DNA of 20,000 nt from the IMG/VR virus record IMGVR_UViG_3300046320_000024. The stretch is one strand, 5' to 3'. Both the position numbers and the translations under genes were made by a program. This document shows positions 7,486 to 16,394 of the stretch, piece by piece. Numbering within the stretch: position 1 is the first letter of the stretch; every line of letters begins with the position of its first letter. This stretch comes from an uncultured virus (IMG/VR IMGVR_UViG_3300046320_000024) (taxonomy: Duplodnaviria > Heunggongvirae > Uroviricota > Caudoviricetes). The notes below the pieces were generated by a model. It made no database searches, was not told the DNA's origin, and saw only the letters and a program-made list of their open reading frames with translations.

Positions 7486-7629
7486 ATGTTTACAGTAAAA
7501 TCAAAAGCTGAGTTGCGTGCTGAAACTGAAAAGCAGATGAAGGCTTTTCTCAAACATGGTGGTCACGTCCAAGTCATTGAGACTAAAAAGAAGGCTCCAT
7601 CTGGTGCTCGCACTTGGATGAAAAAATGA
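7486..7629 (+). CDS. small basic protein resembling the SutA RNA polymerase-binding domain
   Basis: MFTVKSKAELRAETEKQMKAFLKHGGHVQVIETKKKAPSGARTWMKK, 47 aa; start reassigned to ATG 7486 behind AAGGG; helix plus FLxxGGxVQxI. Confidence 0.55.
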   Translation: MFTVKSKAELRAETEKQMKAFLKHGGHVQVIETKKKAPSGARTWMKK

Positions 7630-7808
7630 GAGCGTTACAGGAAACCACCAGTGATTGGAGCCATAAGGTTTCTAATCACATCTACTACGTCAATGATACT
7701 AGGACAAAGCTGGTTGCATTCTACAACGTGGACACCAAGACCACTAAGAAGTTTTCCAAGCCTCTGCCCTTCTATACAAAATACAGAACCTTCAAAGAGT
7801 TAAAATGA
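7626..7808 (+). CDS. small hypothetical protein
   Basis: ATGA overlaps at both ends; MRALQETTSDW...FYTKYRTFKELK. Confidence 0.7.
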   Translation: MRALQETTSDWSHKVSNHIYYVNDTRTKLVAFYNVDTKTTKKFSKPLPFYTKYRTFKELK

Positions 7809-9100
7809 ACATCAATCAATTCCTAGACGGCATCGCCGCAAATGCATCTCGTAACTTCAAACTCGAACAGTTGGAAGCCAACAAAGACAATGAACTCTTG
7901 CGTGAAGTTATTCGTCTAGCATTGTGTCCATTCACTCAGTTCTACATTCGTAAGATTCCTGCTTACACCCCTAACGCTACTAGCCATGCAGCATCGCTAG
8001 CATCAATTCTCCCAGCCCTATACGACCTAAAAGAACGAATCGTTACTGGTAATGCCGCCATTGATCACCTAAAGTCAATGCTGGAAGCTGTATCACCCGA
8101 TGATGCTAAGGTTTTGGAGCGAATCATCCAGAAAGATCTACGTGCTGGTTTCTCAGCATCAACCTCCAACAAAGTTTGGATGGGCTTGGTGCACGAGTAT
8201 CCTGTTATGCTCTGCTCACCGTTCGAGCAAAAGTTGGTGGACAAAATCAAATGGCCATCCACAGTCCAACTGAAGATGGATGGTATGCGATTCAACGCCA
8301 TCGTTCGTGATGGTAAGTGCGAATTCCGCTCACGCAACGGCAAAGAAATTCAACTGCTGGGTAATCTTGAACAAGACTTCATTGATATGGCTGGAGTTGT
8401 GGACTGCGTATTCGATGGTGAACTCTTGGTCATGGAAGGTGACAAGATTTTAGATCGTCAGACTGGTAACGGTATCTTAAACAAAGCCAACAAGGGTACA
8501 ATCTCCAAAGCCGATGCTGCAAAAGTTCGTGCCACTGTCTGGGACATTATCCCTTACGTATTGTTTGAGGCTGGTTACTGTGCCACTCCATACTCTCAAC
8601 GTATCGATACACTGGCTAATCTGCTGGCGACTCATGAGCCTGAGAAAGTTTACTTGGTACAAAAGACCACAGTAGAAAATATCGAAGAAGCCAATGTTAT
8701 CTTCGAGCGTTACCTTTCCATGGGTCAAGAAGGTATCATCCTGAAAGACTTGAGTGGTGTCTGGGAAGACAAACGTTCCAAGACCCAGATCAAATTCAAG
8801 GGCGAGTTAGAATGTGACTTGCGTATCGTTGGCATCGAAGAAGGTACTGGCAAGTATGCAGGAATGCTTGGTGCAATTCTCTGTGAGTCTGCTGATGGTG
8901 TGATTAAAGTTCGAGTTGGCTCTGGCTTCTCTGACGAACAACGCAAGAATCTCGGCGAGAATATAGTTGACAAAATCGCCGCTATCAAGTATAATACTAG
9001 AATCAAGAACAAAGCTGGAGAAGAATCTCTGTTCCTGCCTATCATTCTCGAGATTCGTGATGACAAAGAAGTTGCGGACTCCTCTAAGGACATTAAATGA
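7805..9100 (+). CDS. gp30: ATP-dependent DNA ligase
   Basis: Motif I QLKMDGMR, FDGEL, EGIILK, KRS...IKFK, VGSGFSD and SLFLP; 431 aa. Confidence 0.96.
   Translation: MNINQFLDGIAANASRNFKLEQLEANKDNELLREVIRLALCPFTQFYIRKIPAYTPNATSHAASLASILPALYDLKERIVTGNAAIDHLKSMLEAVSPDDAKVLERIIQKDLRAGFSASTSNKVWMGLVHEYPVMLCSPFEQKLVDKIKWPSTVQLKMDGMRFNAIVRDGKCEFRSRNGKEIQLLGNLEQDFIDMAGVVDCVFDGELLVMEGDKILDRQTGNGILNKANKGTISKADAAKVRATVWDIIPYVLFEAGYCATPYSQRIDTLANLLATHEPEKVYLVQKTTVENIEEANVIFERYLSMGQEGIILKDLSGVWEDKRSKTQIKFKGELECDLRIVGIEEGTGKYAGMLGAILCESADGVIKVRVGSGFSDEQRKNLGENIVDKIAAIKYNTRIKNKAGEESLFLPIILEIRDDKEVADSSKDIK
8967..8995 (+). promoter_or_regulatory. perfect sigma70 consensus promoter inside the ligase gene
   Basis: TTGACA (8967-8972), 17 bp, TATAAT (8990-8995), about 100 nt before ORF 9097. 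Confidence 0.8.
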
Positions 9101-9450
9101 AAGTTGTAATCAATAAATGCTTCGGTGGTTTCGGTTTGAGCCACGAAGCCATTCTGAAGTATGCTGCAGCAGCTGGCATTGCTATGGTTGTTGTGGATAA
9201 GAATCCAGAAAGTAAGTGGCTTCGTTATGAATACTACAAGGATAGTATCGCAGACGAAAACTTCTGGAGTGAGTATCAGATCGATCGCACTGATCCAGCT
9301 CTTGTAAAGGTTGTTGAGCAGATGGGCGAGGCGTCATGGGGTGATTGTGCTGAGTTGTCTGTAGTAGAAATTCCAGATGGTATTGAATGGCATCTGGGTG
9401 AATACGATGGTATTGAACACATCGCTGAAAATCATAGAACTTGGAGATAA
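9097..9450 (+). CDS. conserved phage hypothetical protein
   Basis: KVVINKCFGGFGLS, RTDPALVKVVE and EYDGIEHIAENHRTW; ATGA overlap with ligase. Confidence 0.8.
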   Translation: MKVVINKCFGGFGLSHEAILKYAAAAGIAMVVVDKNPESKWLRYEYYKDSIADENFWSEYQIDRTDPALVKVVEQMGEASWGDCAELSVVEIPDGIEWHLGEYDGIEHIAENHRTWR

Positions 9451-9452
9451 TA

Positions 9453-9848
9453 ATGGATGAAATGAAAGAGTATGACGACTTCGCTAAGCGAATGGAAGAG
9501 AAGTATCCTGCCATGTTTGTTGGAGCATATGGTGGCTTTGCTATAGGTAAAGGTTGGTGGCACATCATTGAAACTCTTTGCTCCAACATCCAACACCACA
9601 TTGATTGGGCTAACAGGAAAGAACAAGTTGTTGAACAAGTAGTTGTGGCTCAGATCAAAGAAAAGTTCGGTGGTCTCCGTTTCTATTACGACGGTGGTGA
9701 CGAGCAAGTTAGTGGTATGGTTCGTATGGCAGAAGCATGGGCTGATCAGTCTTGTGAGACCTGCGGTGATAAAGGCGAACGTCGTAGTGGTGGTTGGATT
9801 CGTACCCTGTGTGACAAACACGAAGCTGAAAGAAAACAAAATGTCTGA
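9453..9848 (+). CDS. conserved phage hypothetical protein with C-terminal Zn-binding motif
   Basis: QIKEKFGGLRFY, CETCG...TLCDKH; start at ATG 9453 after GGAG. Confidence 0.8.
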   Translation: MDEMKEYDDFAKRMEEKYPAMFVGAYGGFAIGKGWWHIIETLCSNIQHHIDWANRKEQVVEQVVVAQIKEKFGGLRFYYDGGDEQVSGMVRMAEAWADQSCETCGDKGERRSGGWIRTLCDKHEAERKQNV

Positions 9849-10125
9849 TAAAGTATGGGTGATGGTGGATGCGATCTCCACCTTTCGTATGCGCTATGTG
9901 ATTGAAGCGCCAGCTGATCATCCAGAGTATGCGCTTGATGATGTGACACTGGAAACTGCAAAAGAGTTTTCTCAAGAGTGGCTAGGTGAACAGATTGTAT
10001 CACATCGAGTTGTCTCTGAAGAAGAAGCCCTTGCAGTTTGCGATGTAGACAATTCATATTTGAAATCGTGGTCAAAAGAAGATAAGATTAGGGTTCTGTT
10101 TACTAAAGAAGGTGAGTCCCGATAA
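9841..10125 (+). CDS. hypothetical protein
   Basis: Start placed at ATG 9841 (MSDKVWVMVDAISTFRMRYVIE); the longer track start overlaps the upstream gene. Confidence 0.75.
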   Translation: MSDKVWVMVDAISTFRMRYVIEAPADHPEYALDDVTLETAKEFSQEWLGEQIVSHRVVSEEEALAVCDVDNSYLKSWSKEDKIRVLFTKEGESR

Positions 10126-10691
10126 TGTTTATGTTCGACGTTGAAACACTTGGTGTAGAATCTAATGCTGTAGTTCTGTCTGCAGCATTAGTGTATTTCG
10201 ACCCAGAAGAAAAACCTTCTTACCAGAAGATGCTTGATGGGGCTTGCTTTGTTAAGTTCAAAGCAAAGGAACAAGGAGAGATGGGTCGTACTGTAACCTT
10301 GTCCACTCTTGAGTGGTGGAAGACTCAACACGAGTATGTTCGTAAGGTTTCACTCGAGCCATCTGGTTACGACTTGACTGCCGTAGAAGGTATGAACGTC
10401 CTTTACGAATATATGAGCAAGCACCCCACCGCACAAAAGCAAACTATGTGGGCACGTGGTTCTCTTGATCAGTTGGTGATTGATTCATTGGCTACAAAAT
10501 TAGGCATGGAGCCGTTGACAGGATACGCACAGTGGCGTGACGTTCGCACTGCAGTAGATATCTTGTACGGCACATCAAATGGTTACTGTGGTGTTGATCA
10601 TCCAGACTTTGAACGAGCACAAGTTATTAAACACCATCCAGTTCATGATTGCGCATACGACGCAATGATGTTAATGTACGGAAAGAACTAA
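10125..10691 (+). CDS. dexA: DEDDh 3'-5' exonuclease, DexA-like
   Basis: FDVETLG (Exo I), WARGSLD (Exo II), WRDVRT, HHPVHDCAYD (Exo III). Confidence 0.8.
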   Translation: MFMFDVETLGVESNAVVLSAALVYFDPEEKPSYQKMLDGACFVKFKAKEQGEMGRTVTLSTLEWWKTQHEYVRKVSLEPSGYDLTAVEGMNVLYEYMSKHPTAQKQTMWARGSLDQLVIDSLATKLGMEPLTGYAQWRDVRTAVDILYGTSNGYCGVDHPDFERAQVIKHHPVHDCAYDAMMLMYGKN

Positions 10692-13177
10692 TGGAATTTT
10701 ATACATCAGCCCACGCATTTGGAGACAAGATCCTTGTGCGTGGTTACGAGAATGGACGACCATACAAACGTAAGATCGACTTCTCCCCAACTCTCTATGT
10801 CCCAGCAAAGAAACCCTCCAAGTGGCAAACACTGGAGGGTACGTTCGTTGATGAAGTCCAGCCTGGATCCATCAGAGAGACTCGTGACTTCATCAAACGT
10901 TACGAAGGCATCGAAGGGTTTCCAGTCTATGGACAGACCAACTACGCCTATCAATATCTCAGCGACACTTACGATACCCTTGTTAACTGGGACATGGATC
11001 TATTCAAGATCTTTACCATCGACATTGAGACCAAGACTGAGTCTGGATTCCCAGATATCAAAACTGCCAATGAAGAAGTGACGTTGATCACGATTAAAGA
11101 TCTATTCACTAAGCGTATCATCACATTCGGTGTTGGTGCGTTCGTTCACAATCGTGACGATCTGGTTTACATCAACTGTGCAACAGAACAACAACTCCTT
11201 AAAGAGTTTATGATTTTCTGGCAGAATAATTATCCAGATGCTGTTACAGGATGGAACACTGACTTTTTCGACGTGCCTTATTTGGTTCGTCGTATCACTC
11301 GAGAACTTGGTGACTCTTTCGCTAACAAGATCAGCCCATGGGGTTATGTTAACGAGCGTAAGACTTTCATCAAAGGTAATGAAGAGATTCACTACGACAT
11401 CGTAGGTATTGCTCAGCTAGACTACCTAGAACTGTACAAGAAGTATACTTACCAAAAGCAAGAGTCTTATCGTCTTGATTACATTGCTGAACAAGAACTC
11501 GGCGACCGAAAGAAAGAAAATCCAGGCGATTCATTCAAAGACTTCTACACAAACCATTGGCAACAATTCGTTGAATATAACATTCATGACGTAGAGTTGG
11601 TTGACCGAATGGACGACAAGATGCGTCTGCTTGAACTGCATCTAACGATGGCGTATCAAGCCAAGATCAATATGGAAGACGTTTACTCGCAGGTTCGTAT
11701 GTGGGACTCTATCATCTATAACCATCTTCGTGCCAAGGGTATCGTGATTCCAGCGAAGGCGTTCTCTGGTAAAGATGCGCAGTTCGAAGGTGCGTTCGTC
11801 AAGGATCCGCTGATTGGTCTTCACAAGTGGGTTGCTTCATTTGACTTGAACTCACTGTACCCTCACTTGATTATGCAATACAACATCTCACCAGAGACTT
11901 TGACTTCAGAGAAACTCCCAGTGTCTGTTGATAAGCTGCTCACCAAAGAAGCCGATACTAGCTACGCACACAAGCGAGATCTAACTGTAACTGCCAACGG
12001 CTGGTGCTATCGTAAAGACATCAAAGGCTTCATGCCCGAGTTGATGGAGAAGATGTACAAAGATCGTTCCAAGTTTAAGAAGCAGATGCTTGGAGTTGAA
12101 CAAGAGTATCAGAACGACAAGACAAAGGTTCATCTCCTGAAAGAGATTAGCCGACTGAACAACTTGCAGATGGCAATGAAGATTGCCCTAAACTCTGCTT
12201 ACGGTGCGATGGGTAATCAGTATTTCCGATACTTCGATATCCGTATGGCTGAAGGTATTACCACATCTGGTCAGTTGTCCATTCGTTGGATGGCTAACAA
12301 GATCAATGCTTACATGAACAAGGTCATGAAGACCGAAGGTAAAGATTACATCGTTGCCATCGACACTGACTCAATCTACCTGACTCTCGAGAATCTGGTT
12401 GAACATACTTGCTCTGGTAAGACTACCGAACAAAAGATCAAGTACATGGACAAAGTCTGTGAAGAGATTTTCCAACCGTTCATTGATACTGGTTATCAGG
12501 AATTGGCTCAGTACATGAATGCATATTCTCAGAAGATGGTTATGAAGCGAGAAGTTCTTGCCGACAAAGCTATCTGGACTGCGAAGAAGCGATACATTAT
12601 GAACGTCCATAACTCCGAAGGTGTGCAGTTTGCTAAGCCGAAGGTTAAGGTCATGGGTCTTGAGATGGTTAAGTCTTCAACCCCAGCCGTCATTCGTGAT
12701 AAGCTGAAAGACTCTATTGATGTTATCCTACTGGGTGATGAGAAAGAACTGCATAAGTATGTGACTGAGTTCAAGAAAGAATTCGATCAGATGCCTCTGG
12801 CTGATGTAGCATTCCCTCGTGGTGTTAACGGTATGAAACAGTACGCTGGTTCTCCGATCTATTCTAAGGGTACTCCAATTCATGTTCGTGGTGCCCTGCT
12901 TTACAATCACTACATCAAGAAGCATGGTATCGATAAGAAGTACGCTGCGATTCGAGATGGTGATAAGATTAAGTTTGTGTATGTTCGTACACCCAACCCA
13001 CTACAGGAAGACGTGATTGCGTTTAGCCAAGAACTACCAAAGGAGTTTGGATTGCATACATATATTGACTATGACAAACAATTTGAAAAGGTATTCTTGG
13101 ATGCGCTACAAATTGTAATACAGCCATTGGGTTGGAAGACGCAAGAACAAAGTTCACTAGAGGACTTTTTCGGGTGA
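10691..13177 (+). CDS. gp43: family B DNA polymerase
   Basis: DIET exonuclease motif, SFDLNSLYPHL, KIALNSAYG, IDTDS and KKRY; C-terminal QSSLEDFF; start ATG 10691 (TAATG overlap). Confidence 0.98.
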   Translation: MEFYTSAHAFGDKILVRGYENGRPYKRKIDFSPTLYVPAKKPSKWQTLEGTFVDEVQPGSIRETRDFIKRYEGIEGFPVYGQTNYAYQYLSDTYDTLVNWDMDLFKIFTIDIETKTESGFPDIKTANEEVTLITIKDLFTKRIITFGVGAFVHNRDDLVYINCATEQQLLKEFMIFWQNNYPDAVTGWNTDFFDVPYLVRRITRELGDSFANKISPWGYVNERKTFIKGNEEIHYDIVGIAQLDYLELYKKYTYQKQESYRLDYIAEQELGDRKKENPGDSFKDFYTNHWQQFVEYNIHDVELVDRMDDKMRLLELHLTMAYQAKINMEDVYSQVRMWDSIIYNHLRAKGIVIPAKAFSGKDAQFEGAFVKDPLIGLHKWVASFDLNSLYPHLIMQYNISPETLTSEKLPVSVDKLLTKEADTSYAHKRDLTVTANGWCYRKDIKGFMPELMEKMYKDRSKFKKQMLGVEQEYQNDKTKVHLLKEISRLNNLQMAMKIALNSAYGAMGNQYFRYFDIRMAEGITTSGQLSIRWMANKINAYMNKVMKTEGKDYIVAIDTDSIYLTLENLVEHTCSGKTTEQKIKYMDKVCEEIFQPFIDTGYQELAQYMNAYSQKMVMKREVLADKAIWTAKKRYIMNVHNSEGVQFAKPKVKVMGLEMVKSSTPAVIRDKLKDSIDVILLGDEKELHKYVTEFKKEFDQMPLADVAFPRGVNGMKQYAGSPIYSKGTPIHVRGALLYNHYIKKHGIDKKYAAIRDGDKIKFVYVRTPNPLQEDVIAFSQELPKEFGLHTYIDYDKQFEKVFLDALQIVIQPLGWKTQEQSSLEDFFG

Positions 13178-13741
13178 TGTCTTGCAGTTATTGAAGTGCC
13201 ATCTAAGCATTGCGTTTAGTTTACCTTCTTTACTGCAATGTGGACATTTTGTTATAACTTGCCCTTCTTTTAGGCTTAACTCTGTTATTAGAGGAGAATC
13301 TTCTGGAAGATAATAAGACTTTTTGCCGTCGTTATAATGTTTATGTTTTACTTTGTAACGATCTTTCATAGACTGTTTATGGGACTCGCTTTTAGGTTTT
13401 CTAAAATTAGTTTTCTTAGACTCTGGTAGTTTATATCCACCTTTGTTTTTGAACTTGTAGTCTCCATTTTGACAGTTTAGCCAGACCTCTGACTTAGCAG
13501 CATTAAGTTTAGATAAGACTTTAGTCTCCCATCTAACCGCTTCTTCTGCAGTTAAGAATGTCCTTCTTACCTGAGTTTGGAAGTTTTCTACTCCATATTT
13601 TTCGATTAGAGTATGAACTCTTTTAGATGATGTGAAGTATGAGTTCCAGAGTTGGTCTGGGTGGCAGTTTGATGAGTACCGAACACCATAGTAAACTTGG
13701 TTAGTTGGGATACACTTAATAAGGTAGGTAAATGGTTTCAT
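13157..13741 (-). mobile_element. free-standing GIY-YIG-like (Seg-type) homing endonuclease gene
   Basis: N-terminal FTYLI...VYYGVR...YFTSS and AVRWE (GIY-YIG variant), NUMOD3-like KPKSESHKQSM, C-terminal CPHC...RWHFNNCK; the only credible minus-strand gene. Confidence 0.7.
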
Positions 13742-13776
13742 ATAAGTATATAGGAATTTAACCTTTTTGGATTACT

Positions 13777-14313
13777 ATGAAGAACATTCGCATTATTAAA
13801 ACAGGACTCAACGTGTTAAAGATTTTGGCACAGTTAGAGAAGCATCCAGAGGACTGGGGAGTTCAAACGAGAATGGATGGAGCTAAGTCCATGCTCACTT
13901 ACGGATTCCCAGTTGTCCAAGCTGGTGTGCTGCAACTTGTAATGGGTGGTATAGAAAAGGTTGGAGACTACGTTGGAGATACAGAGATTTGTATTCCAAC
14001 TACAGCTATCACACACCACACTGAAGTTATCGGCTTTGTCAAACGACACTTTAAGAAAGTCAGTCGTTGCGGTTTTCTTTCACTCCCAGTTGGTGGTGAA
14101 GTGGGACAGCATATTGACATTGGACAATACTACCAAACCAGAGATCGCTATCATCTGTCCATCCAAGGCAGATACATATACACAGTAGGCGATGAATCTG
14201 TTACGGTAGAACCTGGAACCTTGCTATGGTTCAATAATAAATTACCCCATGGAACTAAGAATATTGGTGATGAGGTAAGAGTTACATTTGTGTTTGATGT
14301 TCCCCAGAAATAA
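13777..14313 (+). CDS. aspartyl/asparaginyl beta-hydroxylase-like 2OG-Fe(II) oxygenase
   Basis: HID (HxD), RYHLSI, WFNNKLPH and RVTFVFD match the AspH-type double-stranded beta-helix. Confidence 0.8.
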   Translation: MKNIRIIKTGLNVLKILAQLEKHPEDWGVQTRMDGAKSMLTYGFPVVQAGVLQLVMGGIEKVGDYVGDTEICIPTTAITHHTEVIGFVKRHFKKVSRCGFLSLPVGGEVGQHIDIGQYYQTRDRYHLSIQGRYIYTVGDESVTVEPGTLLWFNNKLPHGTKNIGDEVRVTFVFDVPQK

Positions 14314-14342
14314 TTGCTTTGCATGTGGGGATAGTGTATAAT
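14314..14342 (+). promoter_or_regulatory. sigma70-type promoter upstream of thioredoxin
   Basis: TTGCTT (14314-14319), 17 bp, TATAAT (14337-14342), intergenic. Confidence 0.7.
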
Positions 14343-14361
14343 ATATTTTTAGGAGATGAAT

Positions 14362-14610
14362 ATGAAAGTTTTTAAATTTTACGCTGAGTGGTGTGGTCCA
14401 TGTAAAGGATTGTCCATGGTAGTTAAAGGTGCTGGTGATAAAGTCACAGTTCCAATCGAAGATGTGAATATTGATGAGAACATTATGCTCACTCAACAGT
14501 TCAAAGTTCGTTCTGTTCCAACTATGATTTTAGTTGATGCTCAAGAGAATGAAGTCAAACGTCACGTGGGTTTGATGAATGAAGAAGCTCTATTAGAGTG
14601 GTTGAAGTAA
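14362..14610 (+). CDS. thioredoxin
   Basis: FYAEWCGPCK active site and VRSVPT cis-Pro loop; AGGAG spacing favours ATG 14362 over 14356. Confidence 0.93.
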   Translation: MKVFKFYAEWCGPCKGLSMVVKGAGDKVTVPIEDVNIDENIMLTQQFKVRSVPTMILVDAQENEVKRHVGLMNEEALLEWLK

Positions 14611-14990
14611 TGCAAAACCCATTGAGGAATGTTATGAATAGTGTAAAGATGAATCGTTATGAGTTGCTGACGATCGTTAAACAAAACGCAACAAAGCATG
14701 TGGCTGATTATGATGAAGCTGTAGCAGATTATAAAGTTGGTGTGTTGAAGGTTGCCAAAGCTAATTTGAAGATCGCTAACACATCAGATCTGGAGAAGTT
14801 TACTTTCCATAAGATGCCACCAGCACCAGTAAATTATGCCGACAACTACAACCGAGCAATTCGTATGTTGGAATTGTCTGTGGAAGAAATCATCGAAGTC
14901 GAAGAACATATCTTTAATCAGTTGGTACTCGATGAGTGGGGTTGGAAACAACAATTCGTGGCGCAGTCTAGCCTGTATAAATCTCTGTAA
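14610..14990 (+). CDS. conserved phage hypothetical protein
   Basis: YNRAIRMLELSV...FNQLVLDEWGWK; start at 14610 (TAATG overlap) or 14634 (GAGGA SD). Confidence 0.75.
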   Translation: MQNPLRNVMNSVKMNRYELLTIVKQNATKHVADYDEAVADYKVGVLKVAKANLKIANTSDLEKFTFHKMPPAPVNYADNYNRAIRMLELSVEEIIEVEEHIFNQLVLDEWGWKQQFVAQSSLYKSL

Positions 14991-14998
14991 GGATAACA

Positions 14999-16069
14999 AT
15001 GAGCATTCTAGATAAAATCAAGAAGAACACTACCATCAAGGACTCTGCTGTCCTTAATGTATCTAAGTTCTTCACCAAGAAGGATATGATTCCTACTTCT
15101 ATCCCAATCATCAACGTTGCCTTGTCTGGTCGTCTTGATGGCGGTCTCACTCCAGGTCTTACAATGTGGGCTGGTCCATCGAAACACTTTAAGACTGCAT
15201 TCAGTTTGCTGATGGCTAAGTCTTACCTTGACAAATACCCAGACGCTGCCTTGTTGTTCTATGACTCTGAATTCGGTACTCCACAGTCTTACTTTGATTC
15301 CTTTGGTATTGATACTAATCGTGTTCTGCATACACCTATCACTGACGTAGAACAACTGAAGTTCGACATCATGCAACAGCTTCAGAACGTAGATCGTGGA
15401 GATCGTCTGATGATTGTTATTGACTCAATTGGTAACTTGGCTTCTAAGAAAGAAGTTGATGATGCCTTGGATGGTAAGTCTGTTGCCGATATGTCTCGTG
15501 CCAAGCAGATGAAGTCTTTGTTCCGTATGGTCACACCTCACTTGTCTATCAAAGACATCCCTATGGTTGTAGTGAACCATACATATAAAGAGATCGGTTT
15601 GTATCCGAAAGATATCGTTGGTGGTGGTACTGGTTCATACTACTCTGCCGACAACATCTTTATTCTCGGTCGTCAGCAAGAAAAAGAAGGTACTGAAGTA
15701 ATCGGTTACAACTTCATTATCAACGTGGAAAAATCTCGTTATGTTAAAGAAAAATCTAAGATCCCTGTCAGTGTATCTTTCGATGGTGGTATTAGCAAGT
15801 GGTCTGGTCTACTTGATGTTGCACTCGAATCAGGACACGTTATCAAGCCTAGCAATGGTTGGTATTCGCAAGTAAACCAAGAGACTGGTGTTGTTGAAGA
15901 CAAGAAGTATCGTCTCAAGGATACTGATACCAAAGAGTTCTGGATGCCACTGTTGACTCAGAAGTCGTTCTATGATTACATCAAGAACAAATACTCTATG
16001 GGTCAGTCTGATATGATTCAGTCTGATGCATTGGACAAGACTCTAGAGGAATTAGAATTCGATGAGTGA
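14999..16069 (+). CDS. uvsX: RecA-like recombinase UvsX
   Basis: GPSKHFKT Walker A, LFYDSEFG, IDSIGNLASKKE, DMSRAK and VGGGTG. Confidence 0.97.
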   Translation: MSILDKIKKNTTIKDSAVLNVSKFFTKKDMIPTSIPIINVALSGRLDGGLTPGLTMWAGPSKHFKTAFSLLMAKSYLDKYPDAALLFYDSEFGTPQSYFDSFGIDTNRVLHTPITDVEQLKFDIMQQLQNVDRGDRLMIVIDSIGNLASKKEVDDALDGKSVADMSRAKQMKSLFRMVTPHLSIKDIPMVVVNHTYKEIGLYPKDIVGGGTGSYYSADNIFILGRQQEKEGTEVIGYNFIINVEKSRYVKEKSKIPVSVSFDGGISKWSGLLDVALESGHVIKPSNGWYSQVNQETGVVEDKKYRLKDTDTKEFWMPLLTQKSFYDYIKNKYSMGQSDMIQSDALDKTLEELEFDE

Positions 16070-16394
16070 TCATCTAGCGAAACCACCATTCGTTGTCTTG
16101 GAAAGTCGCAGTGGCGGACAAGATCGACTGAAGTTGATAGAAGGTGATTACTCAGGTATAATCTTCTCTTACGGTGCGGTTCGCTTTGATGAACAGGGTG
16201 ACACTTGTAAAATGCACTTCGAGTATGAGGTGCATGAAGATGCGGGTGTCACTTACAACAAAGAAGAACTAGAACAATATCTTGGTGACTTACTGCAGTT
16301 CATCATTATGGACCAATTGCAGCAAAACAGTATTTCCTACACAGGCGGGGTTGATGAGATTAGAACAACAGATTCTGAGCAGACTGATTTATGA
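16062..16394 (+). CDS. hypothetical protein in the position of T4 gp40
   Basis: 110 aa acidic ORF between uvsX and gp41; the gp40 link rests on synteny and size only. Confidence 0.6.
   Translation: MSDHLAKPPFVVLESRSGGQDRLKLIEGDYSGIIFSYGAVRFDEQGDTCKMHFEYEVHEDAGVTYNKEELEQYLGDLLQFIIMDQLQQNSISYTGGVDEIRTTDSEQTDL
16134..16162 (+). promoter_or_regulatory. intragenic sigma70-type promoter upstream of gp41
   Basis: TTGATA (16134-16139), 17 bp, TATAAT (16157-16162). Confidence 0.6.

Noticed and set aside
10515..10543. TTGACA in the exonuclease gene as a promoter for gp43
   Set aside because: The sequence 17 bp downstream is TGACGT, not a -10 box
10691..13177. Intron, intein or split in gp43
   Set aside because: Single continuous 828 aa ORF with all motifs in order and no insertion; uvsX and gp41 are likewise uninterrupted
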